The notes under the pieces: model-generated
Seen by the model: the letters and a program-made list of their open reading frames with translations, nothing else
The model's database searches: none
Told to the model about the DNA's origin: nothing
Shown: one piece after another, positions 14,677 to 20,000 of the stretch
How positions within the stretch are numbered: position 1 is the stretch's first letter
How the letters are laid out: each line of letters starts with the position of its first letter
Position numbers and translations under genes: made by a program
From: Ancylonema sp.
Taxonomy: Eukaryota
Direction of reading: 5' to 3'
Length of the DNA: 20,000 nucleotides
NCBI GenBank assembly: GCA_050230475.1
Contig: JBFLGF010000119.1
Coordinates: 53,526 to 73,525 of the forward strand

Positions 14677-15793
14677 CCATCATCCTCATCCTCATTATCA
14701 CCATCATCACCATCCTCCTCCTCCTCCCCCTTCCTTCTCCCCCCCCCCCCTACCCAGCAACCACGACCGTGTTGAGAACAGCCACGTCCGTCGCTTCCTC
14801 CACCGCCACTCCATCCCCTACCACTTCCTCCCCACCTCACGCACCGACAAGAAGGAGGACCAAATCCTGCGGGTGGTTGGTGGGGGACAGACCGACGTCC
14901 TGGTCCTGGCGAGATACATGCAACTCCTCTCCCCCACCTTCCTCTCCGCCTACGGGCGTGACATCATCAACATCCACCACGGACTCTTGCCCTCCTTCAA
15001 GGGGGCGAGCCCATACGCGCAGGTACGGTTATCAACATACAGGGGGTGGGCAGGCCGGAGGGGTGGGGGTGGTATTTGCTGACCCGAAATTCTGGGGTGC
15101 AGGCGCACAGGGCGGGTGTGAAGTTGATTGGGGCAACAAGCCACTTCGTGAGTGAGGACCTGGATGCGGGGCCCATCATCGAGCAGCTGGTGAGGGGATG
15201 ATGTGGGAAAGGGGTGGGCAGTTGTACTCACTCATATCTACCATCCAGTATGGGAAACCAGACGGGGACATGGGGACCACTGTCAAAGCGCGGGCAAAGG
15301 GAGTGGTGTTCGTCATCATGAGTTGTTGTGTTGTTCGTCCGATGTGGGTGGATGTTTTGCGTCTTGACTTCTGGTTTCTTGTATTTAGAAACGCAGTTTA
15401 TGATGAAAATCGTGTGAACTCTTGAGAATGCCTCAAGGAAGGTGTGCCATTCACATCAAAACATATATGAACAAATATGAACAAATATGAACATGTTGAA
15501 TCCTTACTAAGTGGTGTGCCACGTGGAGTTCATTCACTGGGTTATCATACACAAGACCAGTTTGGGCGTTGAGCCCCGCTATGGTGAATCCTATGGGCGT
15601 AAAAGAGTAGTCCCAAATGGAATGGTGGTGTCTCTTTGCGCAGGTGGATCGAGTATCACACCGAGACTCGTTGGCAGTGTTTGCTGCCAAGTCAGAAACA
15701 CTCGAAAAACACTGTTTGGCAAGGGCCGTCAAATATTATAGCGAACATCGGATTTGCAGATTTAGTGGCAATAAGACGCTAGTATTTGCTTAG
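12904..15793 (+). CDS. purU: Formyltetrahydrofolate deformylase (PurU), plant type, probably mitochondrial, ~410 aa
   Basis: Exons 12904-13290, 13660-13778, 13967-14117, 14515-14588, 14758-15022, 15103-15189, 15644-15793; all GT-AG, in phase, 1233 nt. ACT domain GIHVFQCPDQLGVVAKISECVA. Formyltransferase motifs SKQDHCLVDLL, VVSNH, LVLARYMQLLS, IINIHHGLLPSFKGASPY, GVKLIGATSHFVSEDLDAGPIIEQ, C-terminal NKTLVF. The N-terminal ~120-aa Ser/Thr/Arg-rich extension is consistent with an organellar presequence. An alternative ATG lies at 12919. Confidence 0.95.
14595..14725. repeat. (CAT/CAC)n trinucleotide microsatellite grading into (CCT)n, in PurU intron 4
   Basis: Directly visible; it fills most of the 14589-14757 intron. 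Confidence 0.95.
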
Positions 15794-16178
15794 AGCATTG
15801 TAATTTAAAGTTTTCGTCAAGACGGTGTCGGGACATATGATACGATGTCGTAATATTGTGACTCAAATTGTAGAAGTGGTCGTTACTAATGAAGATTGAG
15901 CAACACAAACGACATCACCATCTCTTGTTTACGAGTTGAACAAGTAATGTTGAGAAGAGAGGTTAGGGCCGCCAAGTACCCTTCACTAAATACCAGTGGA
16001 ACAAGGTCGGACCCGATAATGATGTAAAAACGGATCGGAACTCGACCATGCAATGACGACTCAAAACCAACGCGTGTCTTACCGTGCTTCGCAACCCGGA
16101 CCTCTAAACCCGGTCGCAAGTAGTGGAAGGCTAAGAGTGACGGAATGGGATTTCGGGGTGTAGCATTAATGAACGAAG

Positions 16179-16209
16179 CAACAACAACAACAATAACAAC
16201 AACAACACC

Positions 16210-16300
<91 letters not shown>
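16179..16300. repeat. (CAA)n microsatellite followed by a poly-G run
   Basis: Directly visible, ~40 units. Confidence 0.97.
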
Positions 16301-18403
16301 TACGGGTGGGGGGGGGGGGGAAGTGTATACCGAAGTTAACCTCGTGTGATTTAGTGAACTTTTATCGCGAGCGGAACAAGGTCGGACCCGATCAGAATCG
16401 GAATAAAAACATGAGCAACCTAACGATTGAACCGACCTTGTGAGAGTCGGTCCGTGGATGTTCATGTTTTTTTTCTCGGAGAGATTTACAATTGTGTAGT
16501 CGTCAGTGGAGTAGTCAAATTGAAAAAGATAGATGATATCTGACCTACACACCTCTATTTTTAATATATCAACGACTACAACACATTGTGTAAAACGATT
16601 AAGCTGTCTATTCCCAAGGATATCAGTAAGAAATTCGTTTCATGGACTTATCTCCATCACTCCAAATGCAAAGGTACCGATTATCACAATAATAATTACA
16701 ACTCGCGGAAGGTCGATAAGTTGTCATACTAGTTGAACCCTAACGCCATGTCATTCATAAAAAACGGTATTAAACAAGACTCGTTTACTATATATGTTGA
16801 AAAAACACTTAATGCGTGAAGATTCTTTTAGGGCCCTTTGTTGGCTAATAGGAATAATAATGCGCTTGTATGGAGACACGCATATTGCACCGAGTAGTGT
16901 GTTCGATACATGTAATGGATGTATGTTTTGGTTTGAATTGTCGAGTTTGGATTGGTCCCCGATGAAAGATTCAATAATATATTTGTTGGGATTTATTGGC
17001 TCAACTAATATGAATAGTTTCGCGTCTCTTCTACGCGTTACGATATTTTGGTTTCATATATTTATTAAAAGCTTAGATTTAATCATAACACGAAGCTAAG
17101 GACAAGGATGCACACTTGTCTACTTTGTGTGATACATTGATCGGATCACTTCTTCGATGCATTCGGTTTGTAAGTAGAAGAAGTATGTGACCACACCAAT
17201 GTTCCAATTGTCCATTGTACTTCGTCAACATATGCGGATACGGAATTGCGTGAAATACAATTCAACTAGAATAGAGACAAAAAACTATTGATACCTAGCA
17301 TCTTCGATTATTATGAAATCGACCACAATGTCACAATTACAATTCCCAAATAATGAAAATCCAACAAAATCCCAACCGGGGTTTCAGACTAGACGGTAAA
17401 GTCTAAGGCTTTATGAACATGTTCCTAAAATCACATCCATCGAAATGTGTCGAATCGTGTTACAAGTGTATAGTATGGAGAGGGATTGTGATTACATAAA
17501 CCAAATTCAACCCACATGACATAATGCACAATTTACGACACAACTCCTTCAATCCGACTTCCACCGATTCGACCCGCTCAAGTGAACCATGTTCTTGTCA
17601 TGTTCAGACGAACACCGAGTCACTCCTGATGAGCACTGCATACAAATACACATGTGATTTACAATGAGAAAACAATTAAACCGGATGAGAGATCGTCCAT
17701 CTTCGTCGACACTGATAATAAACTCGATTGTTTTTGATTTTTTTTTTTTCCCGAGGGAATCACATATCTTTCCTTATATTGTTTAAAAACGGTTGCAGAC
17801 ATCTCTCCGGGTCGGTTAGGAAGAATGCCCCAAAGTTTCGTTTGGGCCTCCTCCGCCACTTGTCCTCCCTCCGGAATACCATATGTTGAGTTTGAAGTGG
17901 GAACTATGCTTTTGTCGATGTCGATGTTTGCCGTTATATCGATTTTTGAGTAGTGTCGATTTAGCGGAATATTTCATGATAGCTTTTCTTGTTTCGGCTA
18001 GTGTCACTTTGTCACTATTAGCCACGTATCGACGACGTGTCGATGACGTTTGATGATGTGTCAATGACGTTTGATGACGTGAGGTTTAGTCTTATCACTT
18101 TTGTGCGGCGCTGGTAGCGACATGTGCTTCTTGGCCAAAAGAGCAGTTTTTGCGCTAAGACAATTTAATCAAAGTTTTCGATCCTCAAGTACTTCTTGTG
18201 TTGAAGTTATCTTCCTTTATTGTGCGTTACTTGATTCATGTGTGAGTGACTATTGCATCGATATGCATTGATGGCAGAATCCAGCAGTAACACCATATTC
18301 TAGATTTCCCCTTTTCAGTGTAGACCGTATCACTCTAACATACCACCGAAATAATCGCAGGATACAACGTGAAACCTCGACTCATTGGGATCTCGGAGTA
18401 ACG

Positions 18404-18757
18404 GACCGAAGCCGTAGAAGCTGTCCCAATAGGCAACTCCTTTGTGATAGCCAATTCTTCAAGGCATGATATGTCTCTAATGTTTGGCAAGAAGGCGATG
18501 AGGTCCTCACTCCAATAAACCCACTGCCCATAAGCGTTCAATGGTTTTATGGCGACATATGCATGTTCCTTGGTCGTGCTCTTCAATTGTTCTTCCCTAT
18601 CACCATACAATCATTGAACGTTGCTCGGCACTTGGAGTGGGTGTCTTGGAGTGAGGACCTTGTCGCCTCCTTGCCGAACATCATCGACTTATCATGCTCT
18701 AAATATTTGGCTACCACCGAGGAGTTGCCTATAGGAACACCTTCTATGGCTTCGGTC
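18404..18757. repeat. Diverged inverted repeat (arms ~18404-18543 and ~18612-18757, ~68-bp spacer)
   Basis: Opposite-strand ORFs give homologous peptides WSEDLIAFLPNIRDISCLEELAITKELPIGTASTASV and WSEDLVASLPNIIDLSCSKYLATTEELPIGTPSMASV. The nucleotide arms align ungapped over ~120 bp at roughly 75-80% by eye. Confidence 0.9.
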
Positions 18758-18802
18758 TATGGCTTTGGTCCGTGACTCCGACAGCCCACTGAGTCGAGGG
18801 TC

Positions 18803-19324
18803 CAGGTCAAAGTTGGCCCCGCCCCGGGCACAATATTTTTCGCCCGGGACGCCGCCCGGGGCGAGCCCGCCCGGGACGAAAAGCGGGGGGGGATTTTCGG
18901 GGCGGGGCCAGAGGAAAAAATACCTAAAAAAATAAAAATGCCGCATTGCGGAGATATGGCTGGTTTTGTCACAAACCGACTTCTTGCACAATGTGCACCA
19001 TACACCACAAGTCCGAAATCATCTAATCTCACCCATGAGTCCGACTCCGCGACGTGGTGTGGTATAATGCGATTAAAAAAAAACAAAAAAAAACTTGAGA
19101 TATACAAGAGAATATCATACGGGTAAAGATGGCAAGCGTACTTAGTGTTATAAAATCTTGAATACTTGTCGGATTTGAATTTTAAAATGATGTACATGAT
19201 GTACGTGGTCTTGGCATCCTTTTACCCAAAAACTAAAAACCTCAATGGCCCCGCCCCGGGCGGGGAATTTTCCGCCCTGGGCGGAAAGCGGGGCGGGATT
19301 TGCGGGGGTGGGCCAATGACGGTA
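18803..19324. mobile_element. MITE-like element with two GC-rich palindromic modules around an AT-rich core
   Basis: Modules 18814-18910 and 19246-19315 both begin TGGCCCCGCCCCGGGC and end GGGGCGGGGCCA / GGGGTGGGCCA. The interior is non-coding. Exact termini and TSD not established. Confidence 0.6.
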
Positions 19325-19445
19325 CAGGGATGCGACTTCCGTGGAAGTAGCAACTCCCGACTCCCAACTCCCGACTCCGAACTTGCATGGAATAGTCGAC
19401 TTTCATCGGACCCTCCGTTTTCGCGTGCTCCGGGATTCGAGTGAT
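19325..19445 (+). mobile_element. Terminal fragment of an hAT-like element with (ACTCCCR)n repeats
   Basis: Starts CAGGGATG (an Ac/hAT-like terminus), followed by GCAACTCCCGACTCCCAACTCCCGACTCCG. A related motif occurs inverted at ~5502-5526 (GAGAGTTGGGAGTTGGGAGTTGC). Confidence 0.4.
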
Positions 19446-20000
19446 ACAGAATAAAAACGTGGTGATCGTGGCTTGATCGTAGCAATATTTTAACCTTCCA
19501 CGTATCACTGATGTAATCTGCAGGGGATGAAATTGACTGCCAGCTCGGCTCTCCCGTTTTTAATGTTCAATGGGGATCGGCCCACATGCATCCAGCATTG
19601 GAACGCGACGGGTTCCCTCTGGTTGCTGACACCACACCGCTAAAACGATTTTCACATTCCGCTCCACCGAAATGTTTGTCGATCCCAAGTTGGGATCGGT
19701 GGGTGACGGTGTTGGGATTCCCAACACCGCTCATCGCAATTTCTTCGTCAGGAGCCTTCCGTCCCCGCGGCATGTGTCCATTTTTTTTAGGGACTTGCTG
19801 CGTACCGACCCCCTACTAGCTGCGTACCGACCCCCCGTAATATCGTGAAAACGGCAAAACTCAGAATGTCGCTGTACACAGGGCCCAGGGCCAGGGCCCA
19901 GTCCTTCCAAATCGTGGTTTCGTTATGCGGGAGCGTGGGGATGCCTGATGGCCGCAGCGCTTCTGCACCGTCTGCAGTCAGGAATTTGGCGCAGTATGCC

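Noticed and set aside
14399..14840. Poly-Met, poly-Ile, poly-Ser and poly-Asp ORFs
   Set aside because: Translations of the (CAT)n intronic microsatellite in PurU.
16145..16552. Poly-Thr and poly-Cys ORFs
   Set aside because: Translations of the (CAA)n microsatellite.
17620..17675. CTGATGAG hammerhead-ribozyme-like core
   Set aside because: No stem II followed by GAAA and no closing helices.
17659..18064. Short minus-strand ORFs in AT-rich intergenic DNA
   Set aside because: Non-ATG starts, no recognisable homology and no coherent splice model.

Overview
Eukaryotic, intron-rich genomic DNA. The plant-type SR45 and PurU proteins point to a streptophyte or green-lineage organism, but the species cannot be determined from the sequence. 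Three spliced genes can be reconstructed by hand. (1) An SR45/RNPS1-like splicing factor on the minus strand (4972-1196, 10 proposed exons, ~370 aa). (2) A cysteine-rich, probably secreted right-handed beta-helix (pectin-lyase-fold-like) protein on the minus strand (~12079-8515), with one frameshift and one splice junction that does not close in frame. (3) A plant-type, probably mitochondrial formyltetrahydrofolate deformylase (PurU) on the plus strand (12904-15793, 7 exons, ~410 aa), divergent from gene 2. The non-coding DNA holds several non-autonomous DNA-transposon-like elements, long microsatellites, unusual heptamer arrays, a 67-bp inverted repeat enclosing a ~390-bp (AT)n tract, a W-box cluster and a ~350-bp diverged foldback. 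No rRNA, tRNA or CRISPR array was seen. I cannot demonstrate a new biological system; the best leads are listed as findings.
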